NCBI GenBank assembly: GCA_964016885.1
Contig: OZ024743.1
Span: forward strand, 316,448,001-316,512,000
From: Eledone cirrhosa
Lineage: Eukaryota
DNA length: 64,000 nt
Direction: 5' to 3'
Below the pieces are notes generated by a model. It saw only the letters and a list, made by a program, of their open reading frames with translations, was not told the origin of the DNA and did not search any database. The stretch's first letter is position 1. Each line of letters begins with the position of its first letter. Below are positions 54,206-64,000 of the stretch, piece after piece. The translations under genes were made by a program, and so were the position numbers.

Positions 54206-54321
54206 GATGCCTAGACTAATAACTTATTGGGTTCCTTCTATAACTGTGGTTCCACGCCCACCTCCCATCCCCCGGGACCCTACACACACACACACATATT
54301 CATTATATTAAGACTGAATAG

Positions 54322-54371
54322 TCTTGTTACTCTGGAGTTCCACCGGCTTCTTACAGGGTCATCAGACAAGA
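54322..54371 (-). ncRNA. Degenerate hammerhead motif (family of 42981)
   Basis: Minus strand reads TCTTGT-CTGATGA-c-CCTGT..GG-t-GGAA-CTC ca GAG-TA-ACAAGA. Confidence 0.62.
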
Positions 54372-54392
54372 GCAGGAAAGCGGACATATATA

Positions 54393-54542
54393 TATAAGGA
54401 AAATGATAATAAAAAAAAGGAGTTTGAAAAGTGCACCTAGTATATATATAAAAAAAGGATCTTTTATGTACATATTGTAAAGATCCTTTTTTTTATGTAT
54501 ATACCAGGTGCACTTTTTGAACCAACTTTTTTTTTCCTTATA
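54393..54542. repeat. Imperfect palindrome in a (TA)n context
   Basis: aaaagtgcacctagtatatatataaaaaaaggatcttt / aaagatcctttttttt..tataccaggtgcactttt. Confidence 0.8.
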
Positions 54543-55444
54543 AAACGTGATCTGTATAGAACGTTCTCTAACATCCGCCCTTTCGTTACTATATATGTGT
54601 GTGTGTGTGTATATTTATACATATATACACACATACTTACTTACACAGTACATATATGTAACAGATGTTTGCGCAGGCATCTTTATCCACTTTTTTCTGC
54701 CTCTAAGGGTCATTTACTCCAGCTGTTCAGCTATTTTATATTTCACATACATTGACAGTTTTGAAAAATATATACGCAAACAGATTTTCAAATTTGCCCA
54801 ATAGCTTCATAAACGTATTAGCATTATATGAGTATCAGTTGAAATATGTGTGAGTGTGGATGTGCTTGTGTGTGTGTAGATACAGGAGTGCTTCAAACGT
54901 TTTTAATACAACATATATGACAGCAGCAAAAGGATTCTTGTGTGAGTCTGCATGGGTGTGTGTTTATATATATATGTGTGTGTGTGTATATATGTCTATA
55001 TTTATCATGATGATGATATATATATGTATATGTAGCTGCATGTATGTATATATATATGTATCTAAAAAGTCTAAAGTCTGTCTTGAGCCAGAAGGCTCAT
55101 TTGGCCGGTGCTTATCCCGGTTTCATGGCGTGAAACGACTGAGAGTACAAGACTCCCCCCTGGACAGGATGCCAGTCCATCGCAGGGTTAAACCTCCAGC
55201 TATTGCTGGTACTCATTTCCAGCTGAGTATACTGGAGCAACGTGAAATGAAGTGTTTTGCTCAAGAACACAACACGCAACCCACGAATCGAGCCCACGAC
55301 ATTATGATCGTAAGTCCAACACTCTTACCACTAGGCCACGTGTATGTACATATATATATATGTGTGTGTGTGCATGCATATACAAGAGTAATTGTTTGGA
55401 AGGTTGTATGTGTGTATATATTCATATATATATATATACACACA

Positions 55445-56047
55445 TAAACAAACTAAGAGGTAGACTAAGCATAAGAGGTATCAAATGTTGTGTTCTGGAG
55501 AGGAGATTGCGTTGGTATGGACATGTGATGCGTATGAAGGACGAAAGCTGTATAAAAAAGTGCAGAGCAATGAAAATTGATGGAAACTGCGGATTGGGTA
55601 GACCCAGAAAAACGTGGGACGAGGTGATAAAAACTGACCTTGCCCACCTACACCTCTCTCAGACAATGACACTGGATCGAGACCTTTGGTGCCATGCAGT
55701 TGTACAGAAGACCCAACTGCCATTGCATACAAACCTACAGTCAGTAGGCACCTCTTAACTCAATGTACACCCCACCACCACACCCTACTCCATCCTCCCT
55801 CTCCCGTTCCGTCCACTGTGTCGATGACACAACAGTCCACACTGTAAGGTGGCCGTGTAGGAGACACGGTGAAAAGGCTCCCAGTCCACACTGTAAATGT
55901 TGGGAAGGGCATCCAGCTGTAAAAAAAAAAACCTGCCAGGGATGCTTCCATGCAAGCGAGACATGGTCTCTCAACCATTCCCGCATCAAATGGAACAAAA
56001 CCGTCTAATCCATGCTAGCGTGGAAGATGAACATTAAACGATGATGA
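55445..56047 (+). mobile_element. RTE LINE 3' fragment
   Basis: ERRLRWYGHVMRM..GRPRKTWDEV; (GAT)n tail. Confidence 0.88.
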
Positions 56048-58946
56048 TAGTATATATATATATATCATTACTGTAATGTTGTAATGTCTGTTTTCTGTGC
56101 TTGCATGATTTAGTGTGTGTGTGTGTGTGTATATAAAACATGTATGTATGTTTCTCTAACGTTACTTTTGTTGCAACCTCCATTTTTTTCTGTCCTGTTC
56201 TAATTCTACGATGGTTTCAGAGAAACTTCTTCCTCTGCTAATTAGGTAACCTAGATAATAGAAGCTATCAATTAGTGCTATGGCACCTTCCTAGGATTGG
56301 AAAAAGATTTATTGTTTCTATTGACCTGAGTATTTAACTGCTGCTTTCTTTTATCAACCTTTGAAAGGTGATAGGCTAAGTTGACCTTTGCCATATCTAT
56401 ACTCTGAATGTAAAGATTTGGAATAAGTATGGCAAGGCAATTTGACTGCCAATCTCCTGCCCTTAGCCTTTTTGATATTAATCCAGTCACCGGTCAAAAC
56501 CGACTCTGGTTTTATGAAACAAAAACATTCATTTCAAAGGTACCTATTAAAATCTCCAACATAATTTTTCTCTTTTCCATGCTTGAATCATTATCATCAT
56601 CATTGTTTAACGTCCATTTTTCTATGCTTGTATAGTTCAGACGGGTTGTCCGTGTCGAGAGACAAGTCTGGCAAGGATTGGCTACACCATACCTTGCTCT
56701 GACAGGACTGTAAATTTAGCTGGGGTTTTTACAGTTTGATGCTCTTCCTAACACCAATCACATTTACAGTGTGGGACATTTAATAATTTTAGTAAGTCTT
56801 CTTTAATTACTGTGTATACTTGTATATAAATCAAGAAATATGACAAAAAAATAAATGGTAAAATGGGAATGTTAGCTTATATTTGAGGTCAATATTTCAC
56901 TGATTTTCACCAACTTTAAAATTCTACATAAACAAGGTGATAAAATATTTTTGCTTGGGAGGTGAATATTACACAGGTTTCACTTTGGGGGTGAATATTA
57001 CATTGGTTTCATTTTGAAGGTGAATATTACACGGGTTTCACTTTTGACATGAAATTCATATTTTTTGTTGTTTTTCTGTATTTTGAATGAATATGGCCTT
57101 CAAAACAATCGAAAATTTGTTTAAAAAATTATTAGGTAATGGAGTCCTGAAACAAAAACTATACTATAAACGACACATAAAACATTTTAAATATCAAAAT
57201 ATTAAAACTTCATAAATAGATTTTTCACTTCTGAGAATTTCAAATTACACCATCTCAACGTAATGTCTTGATTAGAGCTTATAAACGGGTTTGGATTTTT
57301 ACCTATTTCTCATAATATAAATAGGTGGTCAGCTTATATTTGAGTATTTATGAGAATTAAAAATGAATATAATTCATTACACATATTGTCATGAAAGATT
57401 TAGCCCTGGAACTAACAATAATCTTCCTTATTGTTTAAGTTATGATTAAATATATTGTTAATACATGTGTTTAAAAAAGGAGTAGAACCAATGAAAATAT
57501 CTGACCAGGGAAACAATGTTTTCATTGATATTTCCATTGCTGATACTATCTGATGGTCACATCTCCTGACAGAAGAAAGGAAAGAAGCCGAACATCAGAT
57601 TTGACCAAGAAAACAATGTTTTTATTAGTCATTCCATTGCTGATACTATCTTTCAGTTCAAACTCCTCTTTTTGATTATGATACACATATATTTATTTAT
57701 ATATTTGTAATGCAACTAGATATGTCGGGTCAGGCTTCTGTCTGTTATTGGTACCATGTAACTCAATACAACTTGTTTCATGGTGAAATGGTTGGGGACT
57801 AAACTGGCTCTCCCATCAGATCCAGTCTGGTGGGAGGGGGGAGGGGATTAGTGGAACCCCAGCAGTACAAAAAACAAGAGCTGTAAAAAGGCATATAAAC
57901 TCTTCAAAGTCAACAGCCATCCACCTGAACTATGAGTTAAATAACTTCAACAACTCATAATTGCCCAAGCATGATGATTACGGCTACACCCCTGAGAACA
58001 TGACCAAAACCAAACAGAAAGTGGTAGAAGTCAACCAGGGAGGGATTCCTCCAACAAGAGTGAGAAGGCCCTGGATTGGATTGGAAGCAACTAGGTAATT
58101 AACTGTCATTTATGTCAAGCAGATAAAAATAGAGCAATTAAATGGTTTTATAATTAACTATAAGATAATTACCATGATTAATATAATTAATAATCCTTAC
58201 AAGATATCTATAATAAGCACAGATTCAAAGTATTCATTATCACCATCATCTTTATTTGACGTCCATTTTAATATGCTAGCATGGGTTGGATGTATTATCA
58301 CTGACCAAATTAATACTTAAACAGAGCTACTCTCCTCCCAGACTAAATGTCCAAATTTGAGGAGCTATCTTATCCATGCCGACATCGAAACATGAAATAC
58401 AAACAGATAAAATGTCCAAATTTGAAGAACTGTTTTATGCATGCTGGCATTGAAACATGCAATATGAACAGACAGAATAGACAAAAAATGGTCAAGAAAG
58501 AAAATTCCCAACAGACTTAGTTTATATTTCTATGTTTCTGTAGCTCCAATCCGTTTCCACCTTGTCAAGTGGTCAGAATACCATAAGTTCTTCAACAATG
58601 ATCAGATTAAGTAATTCAAACAGTTAAACCACCAAATTTCTTCTTCTTAAGTATAAAAAGTATTGTAACTATTTTGGTGTGAGATGTTTGTCTTTATTTT
58701 GAAGAAGGTTGGTGGAATAAAAATAGATAGATTTCTTTATTTACCATAAAGGCATAAAAAGAAGGGACAAGTACAAAGGGGGAGTTTACATATAATCGAG
58801 TAAAAAGGGTGTAACATGAAAATAATCGAAAATAACCTCAAAAGGGAGGGGACGTGATGGGGGTTGCACACACCCCCGAAAAAGTGTGCAATCCTTTGCC
58901 CGGGGAGCACATGGAGAAGGTGCTCCCCTCTCCTTTACTTCTTTAC

Positions 58947-61289
58947 CTACAGGATGGTATACAGAGAAGGCCCATTTACACGAGCCATTCTCGCCACTAT
59001 CACCCACCTTTCATAAAACTGCCTGTGGCCAAGCACCTCTCTCTCCATTCTTATCCTTCTTCCGAAGTGATATCGGAAGAAGTAGACCAGACTATGGCCA
59101 GAGAGGAAGTTGCCTGACTTCAGACCTTTCAATCGTGTCCACCAAACAACCTCTTTCAACATGGCTATTACACACAGAAAAACCGCCTTTGCTTCCTTTG
59201 TGAAGAGGGGAGGCGGTTTGATTGTCATCACGGACTCGGCGGTCAATTTAATCGGCGCCACCCGCGACAGCAGTCGTTCGGCGTAGCCCCACAGATCAGC
59301 CACGCCCGGACATTGCACCAATGCGTGCGCAACGGTTTCTTCATGACGCACGCATCTAGGGCAAATCTTTTTTGAGGGATCCCTGCCCGGGCGCCCGTGT
59401 CTGTAGAGCCTCTCTCGAACGGGTAGAGCCCCCCAGTAGCACTGCCAGGCCAGTGACTTCTGGAAGTTGTCCATTGGTCCTGGGCCGAAAGTCCTACCGA
59501 ACAGGCTGGCCAGTTCGTCTTCTTCCATGTCCAGCGACTCTCCAAGGGTGTCATCGCCCCTGCTAGCCACCAGCCCTCTATAGAATGATGAGGTGGATTC
59601 TCCACCGATGGCCTGGCCCGCTTGCCAGAGAGCCCTGAGCGCCTGAGCACACTCAGTGTGCCAGTCTCTCAGTTTTCCGGATCTTTGCTTGACCCAGGAC
59701 TGTAGCTCGGTGAGCGAGACGAGTCTCGGAAAGGCTCGTTTCACGAACGGAGCCCACACCGGTTGACCAGTAAGGAATACCTGTAGGTGCCGTAGCCTTA
59801 ATGCGTGCCTACGCATCATCAACCACGGCATCCCCAGCCCTCCTTTCGAAGGTTGTTGGCAGCAGATGGATCTTCTCACCATAGGAGGACGCTTCTTCCA
59901 AAGAAATTGGAAGAGCATGCGTTCCATGGTGGTGAGTGTTTCCTTAGGGCAAGGCACGACAGTCAGGCGGTAGTAAGTGACGGACGCTATGTAAATGTTC
60001 GCCACCTCCACCCGGCCTTTTAGGGACAGCTTACACTTGGCCCATTTCTGGGTTAGTGCAAACACCTTGTTCGTAACCTCGTTCCAGTTCTTTTCCACCT
60101 GGAGGTCCGGTCCAAACCAGACCCCAAGCAACTTTACCGGGCCCTCCGTCCAGTGTCCGACGACACCGTCAGGAGGCATCGGTCTGCCTCTCCACGTTCC
60201 GAGTTGCAGCCCGATGGATTTTTCCCGGTTCAGTTTCGCTCCTGACAACCTTTCGTACTCCTCCAGTAAGGTACCGATCGCCTCGATCTCTGAGTCGGTT
60301 GATACCATTACTGTTACGTCATCGGCGTAGGCCGACACCGCTTTGCTTAATCCTGGTTCCAGGGGGATACCCTGCAACAACTCCAACTTCCTCAGTAAAG
60401 GCTCGAGAGTCAATACGTACAGAAGGGAGGAGAGAGGGCACCCCTGTCGAATGGATCGTGTGATTTTGAACGGCTTCGAAAGGTAGCCGTTCACCTTGAT
60501 CCTAGAACAGATGTGGTTGCTATGTAGGGCAGTGATCCAGCCTCTGAAAACAGGACCGAACCCAGCCGCCGCTAGCACCGCATCCAGGTAACCATGGTCG
60601 ACCCTATCGAAGGCCTTAGACTGATCTAAGTTGATCAGGGCCCCACCGAAGCCGGGTTTGTTGCCAACCCTCTCTATGATGTATCGCATGAGGTGGAGGT
60701 TATCGTGAATGGACCTGGATGGGATAGCACATGTCTGCGTATCTCCCACCAGGCCACCCACGACAAGCGCCAACCTCTTTGCTAACACCTTGGCCAAAAT
60801 CTTTAACTCTGTGTTTAGCAGGGTTATGGGCCGAAAATTATTTATATTATCCCCCTTGTTCTCGTCCTTCCTCACCAGCGTGACTACGCCCTTGGCTACA
60901 GAACAAGGAATTCTCCCGTTCTGCTGCCAATTGCAGTAGACCGCTTCGAGGAGTTCGGAGAAGAAGACCGGCATTGCTAAATAAAGTTCGTAAGGTATAC
61001 CATCGAGACCTGGAGATTTGCGTCTGCTGCATTGGCTCAGCGCATCTCCGATCTCATCAGCCGAGATTGGTCCCTTGCAGGACTCTGCCTCTTCGTTCGA
61101 GAGACGCGGCAGGCCGTCGAGGTATAGACCGAAATCCACGCCCCTGCCCGGACCCTCGCCTCCCCCGAACAATCGGGCAAAGTGCCTTTGAAAGGCCTCG
61201 CACATCTGCTTAGGCTCCCGGATCACCCGTCCATCTTCGTCTTGCAACGACCGGATGGTGGATCGATTTCCACTCTTAGCTTCTGTCAC
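58947..61289 (-). CDS. Tx1 ORF2 reverse transcriptase plus C-terminal CCHC region (frameshifted continuation of 61286-62383)
   Basis: KSPGLDG, FRPITLLN, LDQSKAFDRVDH, IRQGCPLS, YADD, KLLGV, GGLG, CPRC..ETVAHALVQC. Confidence 0.95.
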   Translation of the reverse strand: MTEAKSGNRSTIRSLQDEDGRVIREPKQMCEAFQRHFARLFGGGEGPGRGVDFGLYLDGLPRLSNEEAESCKGPISADEIGDALSQCSRRKSPGLDGIPYELYLAMPVFFSELLEAVYCNWQQNGRIPCSVAKGVVTLVRKDENKGDNINNFRPITLLNTELKILAKVLAKRLALVVGGLVGDTQTCAIPSRSIHDNLHLMRYIIERVGNKPGFGGALINLDQSKAFDRVDHGYLDAVLAAAGFGPVFRGWITALHSNHICSRIKVNGYLSKPFKITRSIRQGCPLSSLLYVLTLEPLLRKLELLQGIPLEPGLSKAVSAYADDVTVMVSTDSEIEAIGTLLEEYERLSGAKLNREKSIGLQLGTWRGRPMPPDGVVGHWTEGPVKLLGVWFGPDLQVEKNWNEVTNKVFALTQKWAKCKLSLKGRVEVANIYIASVTYYRLTVVPCPKETLTTMERMLFQFLWKKRPPMVRRSICCQQPSKGGLGMPWLMMRRHALRLRHLQVFLTGQPVWAPFVKRAFPRLVSLTELQSWVKQRSGKLRDWHTECAQALRALWQAGQAIGGESTSSFYRGLVASRGDDTLGESLDMEEDELASLFGRTFGPGPMDNFQKSLAWQCYWGALPVRERLYRHGRPGRDPSKKICPRCVRHEETVAHALVQCPGVADLWGYAERLLSRVAPIKLTAESVMTIKPPPLFTKEAKAVFLCVIAMLKEVVWWTRLKGLKSGNFLSGHSLVYFFRYHFGRRIRMEREVLGHRQFYERWVIVARMARVNGPSLYTIL

Positions 61290-62383
61290 GCGGGCCCATC
61301 CAACGGCTTTGGCCCCTCATTACCTAGAGCACGTATTTTACTTCGGATGACGCAGCCTTCGTGCTTTGCATCGAAAAACTGGTTCAAGGCCGTCCTCGAT
61401 GCCAGCACTCTGGCCACATCTTCGCTCTTGATTGCCTCTTCTAATTTACCTGTTAATTCTTTCTCGTTTCTATTCCTATCGGCAGCTAACATCTTGCTAT
61501 AACTTATTGATTCTGTTCTAATCTCTCTTTTGAGAGATGCCCACCATCGGTTGTTGACGATTGCACCCGTCAACCTCTCCTTAACTAATCTGCTAATCCG
61601 GTTTCTGTAAGTCTCTTTTGCCGGTAAAGACAAATTAAGTTTCCAGTAACCGGGACCCTGTCTATGTGTTTTCTCGAGATTGACCACGCAGGTCACTAAT
61701 TTGTGATCCGTGTAGCCAACCGTGTGCATTTCTGGACAGCTTAATATGTCCCTATCCTTACTTCTAACTAAGAATCTATCTAAGTACGATCTAGATTGAC
61801 CACTGTGGTTTCTCCAAGTCCAGGTAGGCACAGTTGGAAAATCTAGTCGATATCTATCGACCAAGTTAAAACGGTCGAGTAACCCCTTGAGGCTGTTACA
61901 CCCCCCTCTATTAGGACATGCTCCTGCATAGTCCCAACGTGCATCCAGGATGTCATTCCAATCCCCCGCTAGAAGCAGGGAACGCGACGTTCCCAGAAAA
62001 GTCTCCAAACGCTGGAAGAAGTCGGGCCGTTCAGCTCCGAAAGGGGAGTAGACGGCGACCAGTCTCAAGGGCGCACTTTCACTACTGCCAACGTCTAGCA
62101 CCAACAAACGACCCTCCGGGTCCGAGTGCACAACCTGTTCGGCAAGACCCAGGTGTTTTTGCAGCAGTACAACAACTCCACCCCCACCTCCAGGTTGACA
62201 GAGAGATGCATGCACCTCAAAGTCATCGAAGGTGGGGGCCAGCTGCCGCACGACGCTGATTCGAGTCTCACAGATAACCATTACATTTATACTACATGAC
62301 CTGAGGTCATTTAGAAGCTTTGCTTGCTTCCAAGTTGAGCCCAGGCCACGTGCATTCAAACATCCTACTCTTAACACATCCAT
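61286..62383 (-). CDS. Tx1 ORF2 apurinic-like endonuclease domain
   Basis: LNARG, ICET, VYSP, AGDWN, SYLDRF, TDHK, GPGYWKLN. Confidence 0.95.
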   Translation of the reverse strand: MDVLRVGCLNARGLGSTWKQAKLLNDLRSCSINVMVICETRISVVRQLAPTFDDFEVHASLCQPGGGGGVVVLLQKHLGLAEQVVHSDPEGRLLVLDVGSSESAPLRLVAVYSPFGAERPDFFQRLETFLGTSRSLLLAGDWNDILDARWDYAGACPNRGGCNSLKGLLDRFNLVDRYRLDFPTVPTWTWRNHSGQSRSYLDRFLVRSKDRDILSCPEMHTVGYTDHKLVTCVVNLEKTHRQGPGYWKLNLSLPAKETYRNRISRLVKERLTGAIVNNRWWASLKREIRTESISYSKMLAADRNRNEKELTGKLEEAIKSEDVARVLASRTALNQFFDAKHEGCVIRSKIRALGNEGPKPLDGPA

Positions 62384-62416
62384 GTGGGCGGCAGAGCCAA
62401 AGGAGAGTGTAGAAAC

Positions 62417-63979
62417 CTACCTTTCCGCTTCCCGGGGTTCGGGTTGCACGACTTCCATGGGGTCGGGGGTGTTGGGTGAAGGGGTGTCTTGTGGTGGTGT
62501 GGGGTCGTCAGTGTGTGGTGGGGTTGGGGTGTTTGGAGTTGTGTTGGGGAGGGGAAGGGGAGGGGGAAAGCTTTTTAGTAGGACGCGGTTTATGGGTTTG
62601 ACAGAGGGTGGTCCTACGTCCTCCTTAAAATCCTTTTTTAGTTTTTGGTAGAGGTTCATTGGGATCTTTATTAGTTTTAAATGTGGGTGGTTTTCTGACG
62701 AAACAAAGTTTACACCTTCGGTTTGTACCGAAGGATTATTGTATATGAGTTCATTTAATTTATTATTGTTTCTGTTGATGTAAGTATAGTGTAATGTCTT
62801 TTTTTCCGATGGTGTGAGTGTTTCGAAGAGGGGAGGGGCAGGTTTGGTTTTGTTTGTTGCTGGAGGGGTGTTTTCTGTTTTGTTGGATTGTGTTGAGATT
62901 TGGGTGGGGGTTGTTTGTCCTTGTGTGTTTTGCACATGTTTTCTTTTTTTCCTTTTAATCTGTCTGAAGGACTCCGTTTCTTCCTCCGAATTCGTTGGGT
63001 TATCTTCAGTGTTGGAGGGAAGAGGTATGTTTGCTGGTAATGTTTCCGTGTTGGTTTTCTTTGTGGGGGAGATGGATGTCACTATGTTAGACTGTGTTGT
63101 GTGTTGTGTCTGCGGTGGTTGTGTTGTTTTATTGAGTGAGAGGTTGGGTGGGCCTGTATTTTGTTTTGGGGTAATGTGTTGTGACTGTTTGTGTTGTGGT
63201 GGTGTTGTGGTTTTACTGAGGGACGGGTTGGGTGGGACTGAGTTTTGTTGTTTGTTTATCTGTTGTGGTGGTGGTGGTGGAGCTGGTGTTGGTAGCAGGG
63301 TTTTCTTTTTGTTGAGTTGGGGACAAGCGGCCTTCAGGTGCCCTCTGCCTGCACAGATATGGCAGGACGGCCTTCTCCCCTCCACGCTAATGTTTATATA
63401 CCCGTGGTCCTCTAATAGGATTCTGTCGGGTATTTGGGCGATGCGTTCAGGCTTCATTTGTACTACCAGCTCTATACCTGTTCCACTGAACGCATTGCCT
63501 GTGGTTTTCCCAATGGAAATCACGTTGTCATTCACTGGATCGATGAAGCCAGCTATGAGCCAGCAGTAGTCCACATCTGGCATCATTGCATCCAGCCATA
63601 TGCGTTGAGTTCTTTTCCCCATATAAGATGGATAAAAGGTGAAATTTTTCGAACGAATCGGTGACAAAGCACATTTTTTTGCCGCCGATTCGTTCTTCAT
63701 GATAATTGCTAGGCTTCCATACAGTCTGTCTTTTCTTATGAAAGTGGTTTCATTAAGTACTTCTGTGAGTACTGTTTTGATATCTGCTTGAGAAGGCTGT
63801 TCAGGTTTTTTTGTACTGTTGTTGATGGTCCGAAACTTGACCGTTCGGCTTTCAATCTCTTTCGTGAATTCTTGAGGCATTTTTACCGATAAAATACCAT
63901 TCTCTCCTTCACTTATGTATTGTTTGGCGTCCGTGATCCTTCGTACCACATCTGAAATGTTTTCCGCTATGTAAGTCAA
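62417..63979 (-). CDS. Tx1 ORF1 nucleic-acid-binding protein
   Basis: Zinc knuckle CHICAGRGHLKAAC followed by a long P/T/Q/N-rich disordered region; lies directly upstream of ORF2; exact start uncertain. Confidence 0.88.
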   Translation of the reverse strand: MTYIAENISDVVRRITDAKQYISEGENGILSVKMPQEFTKEIESRTVKFRTINNSTKKPEQPSQADIKTVLTEVLNETTFIRKDRLYGSLAIIMKNESAAKKCALSPIRSKNFTFYPSYMGKRTQRIWLDAMMPDVDYCWLIAGFIDPVNDNVISIGKTTGNAFSGTGIELVVQMKPERIAQIPDRILLEDHGYINISVEGRRPSCHICAGRGHLKAACPQLNKKKTLLPTPAPPPPPQQINKQQNSVPPNPSLSKTTTPPQHKQSQHITPKQNTGPPNLSLNKTTQPPQTQHTTQSNIVTSISPTKKTNTETLPANIPLPSNTEDNPTNSEEETESFRQIKRKKRKHVQNTQGQTTPTQISTQSNKTENTPPATNKTKPAPPLFETLTPSEKKTLHYTYINRNNNKLNELIYNNPSVQTEGVNFVSSENHPHLKLIKIPMNLYQKLKKDFKEDVGPPSVKPINRVLLKSFPPPLPLPNTTPNTPTPPHTDDPTPPQDTPSPNTPDPMEVVQPEPREAER

Positions 63980-64000
63980 AGATTTCTTTGTTTTCTGTGC

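Larger units (their letters stand above)
58723..64000 (-). mobile_element. Near full-length L1/Tx1-clade LINE (5' end lies beyond the window)
   Basis: ORF1, 33-bp spacer, APE-RT-zinc knuckle ORF2, ~220-bp 3' UTR with AATAAA at 58736-58741. Confidence 0.95.

Noticed and set aside
58543-58615. Possible small host exon (tag|CTCCAATCC...TTAA|gtaatt); similar AG/GT pairs at ~31074-31319 and ~51079-51167
   Set aside because: Weak donor or stops in all frames; no recognisable product.
59243-63664. Antisense and alternative-frame ORFs within the Tx1 element (and 48702-49151 within the Penelope-like element)
   Set aside because: Shadows of the sense ORFs caused by GC-rich or biased codon composition.

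Overview
AT-rich, repeat-dense eukaryotic DNA. The SINE/RTE repertoire and compound (TA)/(CA) microsatellites suggest a coleoid cephalopod such as Octopus (inference). No host protein-coding gene could be supported, and most predicted ORFs are microsatellite artefacts. The window holds many transposable elements: a near-intact L1/Tx1 LINE at the right end (ORF1 plus a once-frameshifted APE-RT ORF2, minus strand); a decayed Penelope-like element with RT remnants, a GIY-YIG ORF and an inverted copy of its 3' end; RTE LINE 3' fragments with a PHD-like finger inside the RT; CR1, CRE, R4, mariner and Helitron fragments; tRNA-derived SINEs; mariner- and piggyBac-type MITEs; and 76-, 71- and ~37-bp minisatellites. 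The most notable signal is a set of about a dozen minimal hammerhead-ribozyme motifs, some with non-canonical cores (U3-A8; Y/U at the stem II base). They sit in short non-coding elements, often fold-back palindromes, inserted in (TA)n tracts and belonging to several unrelated families. These share the outward-facing inverted architecture of the Penelope-like element, suggesting non-autonomous ribozyme-bearing retroelements mobilised by Penelope-like RT/endonuclease. All structures were read by eye and coordinates are approximate.
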